Positions 11,454 to 20,612 of a stretch of DNA of 64,000 bases are shown here, one piece after another (the stretch's first letter is position 1; each line of letters begins with the position of its first letter). The DNA is taken from NCBI GenBank assembly GCA_964537895.1, contig CAZIDK010000001.1, positions 134,198 to 198,197 on the forward strand, given 5' to 3'. The notes under the pieces were generated by a model. That model was not told the origin of the DNA. It made no database searches and worked only from the letters and a program-made list of their open reading frames with translations. Source of the stretch: an uncultured Gammaproteobacteria bacterium (GTDB taxonomy: Bacteria > Patescibacteriota > Microgenomatia > Levybacterales > UBA12049). The position numbers were made by a program, and so were the translations under genes.

Positions 11454-12797
11454 TTATTTCCAGCTGGAAAACCAAAAGTAAGAATCATACCAACTAACGC
11501 ATCCTTGAGGAATTACGCACTTAGGCATATGTATCGCCGTCCATAATGGGAAAAAATAAACAAATAAAATTAGCGACAGAGAAAGAAAAGTTATCACGAA
11601 TGCTTTACCGATTTTTTGAGACAAAAGCTTGTTGAGAACATATCCTGTTGCAATTGCCAAAAATGGAACTGCCGGCAGGTAATGGTAGTAGAACATAATT
11701 CTCGGAGAACCAACCCATGGCAAGAAAAAACCAAAGTAACCAATGAGAACTATGGCAATTGCCATTGTTCTTTTTCTGATGAATTCAAAAAGAAGAAAAA
11801 TAACCGATACTAATCCAAACCACATAAAAAGCGGGTTGCCCAAGTTATAAATACCGGCAATCGTATTGTCTTTATAATCTACATAAATCCAAACCGGCCT
11901 AAGATCAAAAGCCCATTGCGAAGGAGTCGACTGGTATGGATGAGTTGCTTTTAGACGCGTATGGTACCAATACATTTGCTGTTGCAGTCCAATAAAAGTT
12001 TCGACATTGAAAACTGAAGATTTGTTACCTGGCGGAGTATGTTTTCCTGTAAAAAATGGAAGATAAACAGCCAGATAAACAAGCAAAGGAATAATTAAAA
12101 AGAATAAAGGCGCTGCTATTAAATTTTTTAGAGCTTTTCTTTTGGAAATATCTTTTTTTCTAAGTTTTAAAACAAGCTGAATAATATATATTATGCCGAT
12201 TATTCCTATTCCAAAAAGTCCTGTCCATTTTGATGCGATAGAAAGTCCCAATGCTAAGCCCAGCAAAAGTTTTCTGTTATGCAAAAATAAGAAGAAAGCA
12301 AGCAAAATAAAAAAGAGAAAATACATATCGTTCATGGCAATACGCGACATGGTAAGAAGAAGTCCGTCTAAAGAAGCGGCAAAAGCCGCAAATAATGCAA
12401 TTAAACGGTTTTTAAAAAGCTTGTAGCTAATTAAATAAATTAAGACTATTACACCAAAACCGAAAAGGGCTGAAAAAAATCTCCAGGCAAACGGATTATC
12501 ACCAAAAACAGACATTGCAATTACCATGAATTCTTTGGCTAAAGGCGGATGCGTCCATTCATAAGCAAACCCTTTAGGAGGAGTGTTCCACCATTCCCAG
12601 GCGGCCGGATTACCTCTGAACATTTGTTGTGCGGTAAAAGCATGATAAACCTCATCGAATATGTGATTTTTTGGAATTCCCAAGCGGACAAACCTTGTTA
12701 AAAAGGCTAAAGTAAAAATTATAATTTCGGGAAGAAAAAATAATATTTTATTAATAATTTTTTCACTCTTTATTTTTGGTTTTTTATTTTTTTTCAT
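11454..12797 (-). CDS. Protein O-mannosyltransferase (PMT/GT39 family)
   Basis: FDEVYH, HPPLAK, WRFFSALFG, SKWTG, HPYQS..W, GNPLFMW and FYYHYLP motifs. Confidence 0.9.
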   Translation of the reverse strand: MKKNKKPKIKSEKIINKILFFLPEIIIFTLAFLTRFVRLGIPKNHIFDEVYHAFTAQQMFRGNPAAWEWWNTPPKGFAYEWTHPPLAKEFMVIAMSVFGDNPFAWRFFSALFGFGVIVLIYLISYKLFKNRLIALFAAFAASLDGLLLTMSRIAMNDMYFLFFILLAFFLFLHNRKLLLGLALGLSIASKWTGLFGIGIIGIIYIIQLVLKLRKKDISKRKALKNLIAAPLFFLIIPLLVYLAVYLPFFTGKHTPPGNKSSVFNVETFIGLQQQMYWYHTRLKATHPYQSTPSQWAFDLRPVWIYVDYKDNTIAGIYNLGNPLFMWFGLVSVIFLLFEFIRKRTMAIAIVLIGYFGFFLPWVGSPRIMFYYHYLPAVPFLAIATGYVLNKLLSQKIGKAFVITFLSLSLILFVYFFPLWTAIHMPKCVIPQGCVSWYDSYFWFSSWK

Positions 12798-14046
12798 AAA
12801 TTAATTTTTGATTTTTATAATAAACATGCAACATGATACCAAATATAATTAGCGAAAACACAGAAAAAAATACCTGATAATTTGAGGATATATCAAAAAT
12901 AATATTCTTCGGAGCCATTGGATTATTATAAATAACGTTATAGTAATAATAAGAATAAAACAGATTAATAAAATTAATAATAGCGAGGACAATATAGCTT
13001 ACAATAAGTGTTCTTGACCTAAAAACACACGCTGAAATAATAAGGAGCGAAAAGACCGGAAATAAGTGCCTTTCATGAATGCGGGTTAAAAATAAAAAAA
13101 AAGCAAATGATAAAATTGTATACAAAAGATAATCTAGTCTTATAAATGATTTTGATTTTTTTATTAATAAAGGAATAAAAATAATACAGAGTACAAATCC
13201 ATATAAAACATAACCCCACATATGATATGACAAATTAAGCCATAACGTCGCATCCGGCTTCCACCATCCAAAAAGTCCCCAAAAATTATAAGCGTTAATA
13301 GAGGTATAAGGATAAACATTCAAAGAGGTTGATAGGTGTTTAAATGGTCCAAAGAATGGGTCGCTTGGAAAAAATGGCATTGTGACAATAAAAAAAATTA
13401 ATAAAGATACTCCTGATGCTTTTAATATTTTTTGAGCGGAAAAATTTTTAATTATTCTATATAACATTAACGGAAAAAGAGCGACGTTCAAAGGTTTAAT
13501 TAAAAATGATAAAACGCTTGCAGAAAGCGATTTAACAATATTCTTTTTTTCTTCAAGCTGATATAAAGATAAAGTAAGAAGAAAAGTTGGTATTGCATCT
13601 ATTTGCCCCCATACTGAACTGTTAAAAATTACGCTTGGATTTAGCAAATATAAAATGCTCCCCAAATACGCCCATTTTTTAGAATGTTTATTTATAATTT
13701 TTAAAATTATAAATGCGGTTAAAATATCAAAAATATTACTTATAACTTTTATGTAAATTTCAAAACCAATTGAAAAAATAGCAGCGTTTCCAAAAATTAA
13801 TGCAAATATTTTTGCTAAAATAAAAAGGGAGAGATAGAAAAACGGAAAATAATCTGCAAAAATATTTGCTGAATAAAAATTAAACGGTCCAACTTCTACA
13901 AGTCTTGCCGCCCATGCTTGCCAGTCATTCATATCTATTTTAAAACTTGGTTGAGTAAATAAGAAAATACGTATAAATAAAATAGCCATTATGGAAAGAG
14001 TTGCCGGTAGGGGTATTTTTCTATATTCTCTTAAAAAATTTTCCAT
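12784..14046 (-). CDS. GT-C family membrane glycosyltransferase (mannosyltransferase-like)
   Basis: DY.P, NPSVIFNSSVWGQID, NAYNFWGL and HERHLFP motifs. Confidence 0.8.
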   Translation of the reverse strand: MENFLREYRKIPLPATLSIMAILFIRIFLFTQPSFKIDMNDWQAWAARLVEVGPFNFYSANIFADYFPFFYLSLFILAKIFALIFGNAAIFSIGFEIYIKVISNIFDILTAFIILKIINKHSKKWAYLGSILYLLNPSVIFNSSVWGQIDAIPTFLLTLSLYQLEEKKNIVKSLSASVLSFLIKPLNVALFPLMLYRIIKNFSAQKILKASGVSLLIFFIVTMPFFPSDPFFGPFKHLSTSLNVYPYTSINAYNFWGLFGWWKPDATLWLNLSYHMWGYVLYGFVLCIIFIPLLIKKSKSFIRLDYLLYTILSFAFFLFLTRIHERHLFPVFSLLIISACVFRSRTLIVSYIVLAIINFINLFYSYYYYNVIYNNPMAPKNIIFDISSNYQVFFSVFSLIIFGIMLHVYYKNQKLIYEKK

Positions 14047-14052
14047 TGTTAT

Positions 14053-15162
14053 TTAGCTTTGGGGTTTTATGGAAACAGAGCAATTGCCCGTTTTTACTTC
14101 ACAATATATGTATTTTTGTATTTCTGTAAAATTTCCATTTCCTAATCTTGGAATAAGTACCCATTCCAAATTATAATCACTTGTTATTGGAGGATTTATA
14201 AGAAGTCCCGGCCTTTGAGCTTTTTCATCTCCCGTATCTATTACTGCGCTGTTTATTCTTACCTGATTCATTTTCTGGGCAAGTCTTACAAAATCGTCAA
14301 ACTCATCTTGTTTTATATCTGTATCTATACTGCCTTTTAAAACGCTATATAGACTCAGAATTTTTGCGGGGTTTATAAGCGTTTGTGCGGATAAAACTTT
14401 GTCTTTAAAAGCTTTTATTACTTTTTCCTGTCTTTTGCTTCTTGCAAAATCACTTCCCTCATTACCCTCCGAACTCCTTGATCTTACAAATTCAAGAGCT
14501 GTTTCTCCGTCCATGCGCTGTAATCCTTTATCAAAACGTAAATATTTATACCGGCAGGGCAATTCTTGGGGCAACAATTCAGCAGATACAGTAGCTAAGC
14601 TTTGAAGTTCTTCCGGGGTTTTATTGCAGGAATCGTTTTCCTTACCGCTAATTGGATATTGATAATCAACAAAAGAGTTATCAACCATAACGTCCAAACC
14701 TCCGACAATATTAACTGCCTTAACAAAACCCGAAAAATCAATCCTTAATCCGTAATCAACATCCCAACCTGTAACTTTTTCTACTATTTTTTTTGATAAA
14801 AGCAATCCTCCGCCTTTTCTTTTTAACTCTCCGACTGCGTATGCACTGTTAATTCTTTTATCATCTCCTTCTAAGTCAGGCATCCATAAATCTCTTGGAA
14901 TTGATATAAGAGTCATTTTATTATTTTTAAGATCAAGGCTTGCAAGGATAATTGTATCTGTTAAATTCGGGCCGTCATGACTTCCGCCTCCGATACCCAA
15001 AAGAAGAATGTTAATCCTATTGTTGGTTTCTTTTAATGCAACTCCTTTATCAAAAAACAAATGGAATAAAAATGGATACAAATTGGCTGTTTTTACAATA
15101 ATAAATACTGCTAAAATAACCACAAAAATTCCTACGATAATTAAGGGTTTTTTATTATGCAT
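14053..15162 (-). CDS. LytR/CpsA/Psr (LCP) family protein
   Basis: NILLLG...TDTIIL...ISIPRDLW...RINSAY, DFSGF..AV..VGG, DFARSKRQ; start at MHNKK overlaps the tpiA stop. Confidence 0.93.
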   Translation of the reverse strand: MHNKKPLIIVGIFVVILAVFIIVKTANLYPFLFHLFFDKGVALKETNNRINILLLGIGGGSHDGPNLTDTIILASLDLKNNKMTLISIPRDLWMPDLEGDDKRINSAYAVGELKRKGGGLLLSKKIVEKVTGWDVDYGLRIDFSGFVKAVNIVGGLDVMVDNSFVDYQYPISGKENDSCNKTPEELQSLATVSAELLPQELPCRYKYLRFDKGLQRMDGETALEFVRSRSSEGNEGSDFARSKRQEKVIKAFKDKVLSAQTLINPAKILSLYSVLKGSIDTDIKQDEFDDFVRLAQKMNQVRINSAVIDTGDEKAQRPGLLINPPITSDYNLEWVLIPRLGNGNFTEIQKYIYCEVKTGNCSVSIKPQS

Positions 15163-15820
15163 TTTGAATAATTTTGATAAACTCTTCCGCCTCAAGACTT
15201 GCTCCTCCAACCAAAACACCGGTTAAATCTGTTTTCCCCGTAAAGCTCTTAACATTATCGAAAGTTACACTTCCTCCATAAAGAACTTGATAATTATTTT
15301 TTTCTTTTATTAGAAAGGCCGTCTTATCGGCGTTTTCCGGGGTATCGGGAACGCTACTGCCGATTGCAAATACTGGTTCGTATGCGACTATTTCAACTCC
15401 TTGAGGAATTAAATTATCATTACTTGAAACCAGAAAAATCGGCTTAAGTCCGTATCTAAGAGAAAGCTCAACTTTTTTTGAAAGTATGTCATCTGTTTCG
15501 TTAAAATTATTTCTTCTTTCTGAATGTCCAATCAAAACATACTCCGCAAAATCTTTTATTTGTTTTGCATTTACCTCTCCCGTATAAGCTCCTTCGTCAA
15601 AAGCCGAAACATTTTGTGCTCCAATTTTTACAGACAAACTGTTATCGAAAACATATGAGCTAAATATAGAAAGCAGGGTAAGGGAAGGACAAATAACTAT
15701 TTCCTTATTATCAAAATTTTGTCCCAATTCTCTTATTTTTTTGAAGTTTTCTAACCATTCCTTAGCTTCGATTTGAGTCTTATAGGACTTTAAGTTGGCA
15801 ACTATCAAAAGCTTATTCAT
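15155..15820 (-). CDS. tpiA: Triosephosphate isomerase
   Basis: ANLK, GAYTGEV, IGHSERR, AYEPVFAIG, YGGSV and LVGGASL motifs. Confidence 0.97.
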   Translation of the reverse strand: MNKLLIVANLKSYKTQIEAKEWLENFKKIRELGQNFDNKEIVICPSLTLLSIFSSYVFDNSLSVKIGAQNVSAFDEGAYTGEVNAKQIKDFAEYVLIGHSERRNNFNETDDILSKKVELSLRYGLKPIFLVSSNDNLIPQGVEIVAYEPVFAIGSSVPDTPENADKTAFLIKEKNNYQVLYGGSVTFDNVKSFTGKTDLTGVLVGGASLEAEEFIKIIQNA

Positions 15821-15859
15821 GCTTGAGCCGCGTTTGACGCGGTGGTATCATTATACGGT

Positions 15860-17716
15860 ATGAGGCAAGATTTTCTCAAGGACTTGAATAAGGAACAGCT
15901 CCAGGCAGTGCTTCAAAAAAATGGTCCGATGATAATATTAGCCGGAGCAGGTAGCGGCAAAACAAGGGTTTTAACCTATAAAGTTATCTATTTAATTTCA
16001 GAAGGGATAAGTCCTTTCAACATTCTCATGGTAACTTTTACTAATAAAGCCAGTAAAGAAATGAAAGAAAGAATGCAAAAGTTTTTTAAAAAAGGTGACA
16101 AACAGGTTTCCGAACTTCCGTCAATATCTACTTTTCATGCGCTTTGTGCAAAAATATTAAGAATTGAAGGTAAATACATTGGGATCCCAAATAATTTCTT
16201 AATATACGATAGTCAAGATCAAAAAGACACAATAAAAGAAGCCTTTAATCTTTTAGGGCTATCTCTAAAAGAGTACAAACCTTCATCTATTCTTGCAACC
16301 ATATCTCAAGCAAAAAACGAATTAATTGATGAAACACAATATCCGTCTTTTGCCAGAGGGCATTTTCAAGAAGTAGTTTCCAGAGTTTATGTAATTTATC
16401 AAAAAATCTTAAAGGAAAATGCTGCTTTGGATTTTGATGATTTAATTTTAAAAACAGTTGAGTTATTTAGAAAAAACCCGGATGTTTTGGAAAAATATCA
16501 AAATAAATTTAAGTATATTTTTGTAGATGAATATCAGGACACAAATCACGCACAATACCTGCTTACGAAACTGCTTAGCCGGAAATGGAACAATATTTGC
16601 GTCGTCGGCGATTTTTCTCAAAGCATATATAGTTTTAGAGGCGCAGATTTTTTAAACCTTGCAAAGTTTAAAGAGGATTTTAAAGATACAAAAACTTTTT
16701 CTCTTTCACAAAATTATAGATCAACTCAAAGAATTCTTGACGGGGCTTCTTCTGTTATATCTAAAAATAACGGTCATCCTGTTTTACAACTTTGGACCGA
16801 AAACAAAGCCGGAGAAGATATTTCAATTTTTGAAGCGTTAAATGAACAGCGTGAAGCGGAATTTACCTTAGAAGAAATGGAAAAAATTAAATATCAGAAT
16901 CCGAGTTTAAGATATTATGATTTCGCAATTCTTTACAGGACAAACGCGCAATCGAGGGCAATTGAGGAAGTTTTTATTCATAGCGGAATTCCATACATCC
17001 TAATCGGCGGAACAAGATTTTACGAAAGAAAAGAAGTCAAAGATGTGCTTTCTTATTTAAGAGTTATTGCAAATCCCAAAGACAAAATTTCTTTAAAAAG
17101 ATTAGAAAAATTAGGCAAAGGAAAATTTGTTAAATTCCTGGATTTTCAAAAAACTTTAGATGAAAAAAATATAAGTAGTGATACGACAATTTCTATTATG
17201 GATAGTGCTTTAAAAGCAACAGATTATCTTTCTTTATACAACGCAAAAGACGGGGAAGATTTGGGAAGACTTGAAAATATCAAGGAGCTTCGTTCTGTTG
17301 CAATCTCCTATCCTAATCTTGGAGAGTTTTTAGAAAATGTATCTTTGGTTGAACAAGAATATATACCCGATCACATAAAAGACGAAAACGGCAAGAAAGA
17401 TGCAATAAATTTAATGACTTTGCATGCGGCTAAAGGTTTGGAGTTTCCTGTTGTTTTTATGGTAGGAATGGAAGAGGGACTTTTTCCGCATAGCAGGAGC
17501 ATGATGGATAAAAATGAACTTGAAGAAGAAAGAAGACTCTGTTATGTTGGGATGACAAGAGCTAAAGAAAAACTCTTTTTAACCTATTCAAGAAAAAGGC
17601 TTTTCTTCGGACAAAAAACGACAAATATTGTGTCTAGATTTATACTGGAACTTCCGGAAGGAGTGTTGGAGAAAAGCTTAAATCGGATACGGATTGACGT
17701 TCCTGAATATTTATGA
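15860..17716 (+). CDS. pcrA: UvrD/PcrA family helicase
   Basis: AGAGSGKT, DEYQDTN, QNYRST, LMTLHAAKGLEF and EEERRLCYVGMTRA motifs. Confidence 0.95.
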   Translation: MRQDFLKDLNKEQLQAVLQKNGPMIILAGAGSGKTRVLTYKVIYLISEGISPFNILMVTFTNKASKEMKERMQKFFKKGDKQVSELPSISTFHALCAKILRIEGKYIGIPNNFLIYDSQDQKDTIKEAFNLLGLSLKEYKPSSILATISQAKNELIDETQYPSFARGHFQEVVSRVYVIYQKILKENAALDFDDLILKTVELFRKNPDVLEKYQNKFKYIFVDEYQDTNHAQYLLTKLLSRKWNNICVVGDFSQSIYSFRGADFLNLAKFKEDFKDTKTFSLSQNYRSTQRILDGASSVISKNNGHPVLQLWTENKAGEDISIFEALNEQREAEFTLEEMEKIKYQNPSLRYYDFAILYRTNAQSRAIEEVFIHSGIPYILIGGTRFYERKEVKDVLSYLRVIANPKDKISLKRLEKLGKGKFVKFLDFQKTLDEKNISSDTTISIMDSALKATDYLSLYNAKDGEDLGRLENIKELRSVAISYPNLGEFLENVSLVEQEYIPDHIKDENGKKDAINLMTLHAAKGLEFPVVFMVGMEEGLFPHSRSMMDKNELEEERRLCYVGMTRAKEKLFLTYSRKRLFFGQKTTNIVSRFILELPEGVLEKSLNRIRIDVPEYL

Positions 17717-18720
17717 TAAATAAAAAATTACATCCCTTGCAATCCCCAGAGTGGGGGGAATTCAGAAAAAAAACAGGCGTTAAAGTTGTTAGGATTAATA
17801 ATTTACAACTCACAATTCATTCTCTTCCCCATACAAAATATACAATCGGATATTTTCCTAAAGGACCGGATATTGATAAAAAAATGCTTGATAAGCTTTT
17901 GGAGATCGGCAAAAAAGAGAACTGCATTTTTATTCAGCTAGAACCAAACGTTGAAAAGATAGATAATAAAAAATATAAGTTAAAAAATCTTTTTCCCTCC
18001 TTACGCCCTCTTTTTACCAAATATACCTTTATTTTAGATTTAACAAAATCGGAAGATAAACTTTTAAAGAACATGAATTCTAAAACAAGATATAACACCA
18101 AATTAGCAGAAAAAAAAGGCGTAAAAGTAATTGAAGATAATTCAGATAAAGCTTTCGAAGAGTATTTACGCCTTACCAAAGAAACAACACAAAGACAAAG
18201 ATTCTATGCCCACAGCGAAAGATATCACAGGCTAATGTGGGAAACGTTAAGTAATCAAAAATCATCCATTCGGGACATTCGGCTGAGCTCAGTCGAAGCC
18301 CAAGCTCAGGACAAAAATCAAAAATCGGATGATACCGAGCTATCTGCGCATTTATTGAAAGCTGAATATGAAGGAGAAATTTTAGCAGCGTGGATTTTAT
18401 TTGTTTTGGGGGATACGCTTTATTATCCTTATGGAGCTTCAAGTACTAAATACAAAGAAGTAATGGCTTCAAATCTTATGATGTGGGAAACAATAAAATT
18501 TGGTAAGAAATTGGGACTTAAAAATTTTGATATGTGGGGCGCGCTTGGGGTAAATCCTAACAGCAAAGACCCTTGGTACGGATTTCATAAGTTTAAAGAG
18601 GGGTATGGAGCAAAACACGTAGAATTTGTAGGCAGTTACGATTATGTTTTGAAGAAGAAATTATATGTTATTTATAATATCTTAAATAATATCCGCTGGC
18701 TTATTCTAAAACTTAAATAA
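17713..18720 (+). CDS. FemABX-family peptidoglycan bridge peptidyltransferase
   Basis: LQSPEWGEF, KTRYNTKLAEKKGV, YPYGASS, FDMWG and GFHKFKEGYG motifs; carries a 25-aa insertion. Confidence 0.92.
   Translation: MINKKLHPLQSPEWGEFRKKTGVKVVRINNLQLTIHSLPHTKYTIGYFPKGPDIDKKMLDKLLEIGKKENCIFIQLEPNVEKIDNKKYKLKNLFPSLRPLFTKYTFILDLTKSEDKLLKNMNSKTRYNTKLAEKKGVKVIEDNSDKAFEEYLRLTKETTQRQRFYAHSERYHRLMWETLSNQKSSIRDIRLSSVEAQAQDKNQKSDDTELSAHLLKAEYEGEILAAWILFVLGDTLYYPYGASSTKYKEVMASNLMMWETIKFGKKLGLKNFDMWGALGVNPNSKDPWYGFHKFKEGYGAKHVEFVGSYDYVLKKKLYVIYNILNNIRWLILKLK
18253..18326 (+). repeat. 74-bp nested palindromic element, copy 1, in frame in femAB
   Basis: Exact reverse complement of 43946..44019; encodes NQKSSIRDIRLSSVEAQAQDKNQKS. 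Confidence 0.97.
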
Positions 18721-19228
18721 TATAAAGGTGTATTTGGTTTTCTTTATCGTAGTCCTTTAAAGGCAACTCCATCTCGTATCTGTAACTAATAATCTTTGTT
18801 CCTTTTTTTAATTCTTTTTTGAATTTGGGCAAAAGTCTATCCAAAGTTTTTGGCACCAAATAAACAAAAATAACGTCGGCTTTGGAAATATCGTGACTGA
18901 AAAGATTTCCGCTTATAATTTTTACTTTATTCGATAATCCGTTTATTTTTAAAATTAATTTTGAAAAAATGACCCTTGAAAAATCTATCTCTACCCCAAC
19001 CCCTGTTGCTCCAAACTCTTTGGCGGCAACCAAAAGTGCCGTTCCTTCTCCCGAACCTAAATCGTAAACATTATCTTCTTTTGTAACTTTTGCCAACCGG
19101 CACATTGCTCTTGCCGTTTTTTTAGAGGTTCTCCACCAGGGAGCCCAAGGACTGTCGGGCGGCCAAACCATTGACAATAAAAAAAGGAGAAATAAAATTA
19201 CTAAAATAATAAAAATATAAAAAAACAT
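18713..19228 (-). CDS. Class I SAM-dependent methyltransferase with an N-terminal TM helix
   Basis: VYDLGSGEG, GVEID and ADVIFVYL motifs. Confidence 0.9.
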   Translation of the reverse strand: MFFYIFIILVILFLLFLLSMVWPPDSPWAPWWRTSKKTARAMCRLAKVTKEDNVYDLGSGEGTALLVAAKEFGATGVGVEIDFSRVIFSKLILKINGLSNKVKIISGNLFSHDISKADVIFVYLVPKTLDRLLPKFKKELKKGTKIISYRYEMELPLKDYDKENQIHLYII

Positions 19229-19229
19229 A

Positions 19230-19517
19230 CTAAAAAATATAAATTACTTTTCCAAGAATATCATTTTTTGATACAAAACCAAAATTCTTACTGTCTAAGC
19301 TGTCGTTTAAATTATCTCCTGCTAAAAAATACTTATTTCCGGTTTTTCTTATAATTCTTTTTATCAAAATTTTCTTATTTTTTTTAAATGCAGCTATTTC
19401 TTTAACACTAGGTTCTGAAAACAAATAAGGAATTTTACTAACTAAAACGTGTTGTTCATTTTTAATTGCGGGTTCCATGCTGTGACCAGAAATTTTAAAC
19501 CAGGATAAAAGAAGCAT
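19230..19517 (-). CDS. sodX: NiSOD maturation protease (S26 peptidase)
   Basis: GHSMEP, IKRI and GDN..DS.DS..FG motifs; directly downstream of sodN. Confidence 0.85.
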   Translation of the reverse strand: MLLLSWFKISGHSMEPAIKNEQHVLVSKIPYLFSEPSVKEIAAFKKNKKILIKRIIRKTGNKYFLAGDNLNDSLDSKNFGFVSKNDILGKVIYIF

Positions 19518-20053
19518 TATTTATGAAGTACAATTTCTCCGCCTGTTGGATAAACCGTTTTAACTCTTACCGGCTCTACCCCTTTTGTTTTGTAGAAAAT
19601 CTCTGCTATTTGCAGTACTTCTTCCAATAATTCTTTTGCCGCAGCCATATCAATATTTTGTCTGGCTTTTGCCCCAAGTTTGTTTGCATTTGAGAAATGT
19701 TCTCCTAACTTAGGATGCTCTTTATAGTGTTCTTCTCTGAAATAGTCATTCTCAAGAGTAGTTAGTTCTTCTTCCAAAAGACTTGAATGATCTTCTTTAA
19801 CATATGTAATTCTTGCAATATCATGCTCCGGTTTTGTTTCAGCTTGTCCTGAGTTTGCTTGTGGTGAGCTTGCCGAATCCGTCGAAGGATTATCCCTTTT
19901 AACCTCTGTTAAGAGTTGGGTCATGCGAATAATTGTATGCGCTGCAACTTGTGCGTTATGGGGATCATATATTCCGCAGGGAATATCACAATGAGCATAG
20001 GCTATTTTTCCTATTAACAACTTTTCCAAAAGAAAACGGAGAACTGTTTTCAT
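19517..20053 (-). CDS. sodN: Nickel superoxide dismutase precursor
   Basis: Ni-hook AHCDIPCGIYDP after a cleavable leader; IAEIFYKTK. Confidence 0.95.
   Translation of the reverse strand: MKTVLRFLLEKLLIGKIAYAHCDIPCGIYDPHNAQVAAHTIIRMTQLLTEVKRDNPSTDSASSPQANSGQAETKPEHDIARITYVKEDHSSLLEEELTTLENDYFREEHYKEHPKLGEHFSNANKLGAKARQNIDMAAAKELLEEVLQIAEIFYKTKGVEPVRVKTVYPTGGEIVLHK
19842..19891 (-). repeat. Nested REP-like element in frame in sodN (NPSTDSASSPQANSGQA)
   Basis: Minus strand reads AATCCTTCGAC[GGATTCGGCAAGCTCACCACAAG]CAAACTCAGGACAAGC. Confidence 0.8.
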
Positions 20054-20158
20054 AATTAAATGATAATACGTAAGAGAGGAAATGTCAAAAAGTTAATTTC
20101 CTTAATCTCAAAAAGCCGCTTGGCTTGATAAATAAAATAAATGTGATAATCTAAAGTT

Positions 20159-20611
20159 ATGCCACAAACTTCTATTGAAAAAATTAAACAAGAGTTTCCT
20201 GTTAAGAACGTAAATGTAACCCACCGTTCCAAACTTTCCAGACTTGATAAAGTAGCTATTTTGGTGACAGAAAAAATCGGCACAATGGGATTTTTTCTTG
20301 TAATTCTTGCTTGGACAATTACTTGGCTTTCATGGAATATTCTTGCACCTAAAGAATTAAGATTTGACCCCTACCCCGCTTTTGTATTATGGCTTTTCAT
20401 TTCTAATCTTATTCAGCTCCATATTCTTCCTCTTCTTTTGATTGGTCAAAACATTCAAGGAAAACATGCGCAGCTTCGGGCAGAACATGATTTCGCAACT
20501 GATATAAAAGCGGAAAAAGAAATAGAAACAATTTTGGTTCATTTGGAAAATCAACAAAAATTAATGCTTGAGATTTTAAAAAGATTGGAAAAACTTGAAG
20601 AGAGAAAATAA
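20159..20611 (+). CDS. DUF1003-like membrane protein
   Basis: 'D.VA..V...IGTMGFF...W..WN...FDPYP' and 'PLLLIGQN' motifs. Confidence 0.85.
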   Translation: MPQTSIEKIKQEFPVKNVNVTHRSKLSRLDKVAILVTEKIGTMGFFLVILAWTITWLSWNILAPKELRFDPYPAFVLWLFISNLIQLHILPLLLIGQNIQGKHAQLRAEHDFATDIKAEKEIETILVHLENQQKLMLEILKRLEKLEERK

Positions 20612-20612
20612 C

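Noticed and set aside
15860-17716. Short PcrA (and short ValS, RpoD) as pseudogenes
   Set aside because: All catalytic motifs are intact; the missing accessory domains fit genome streamlining.
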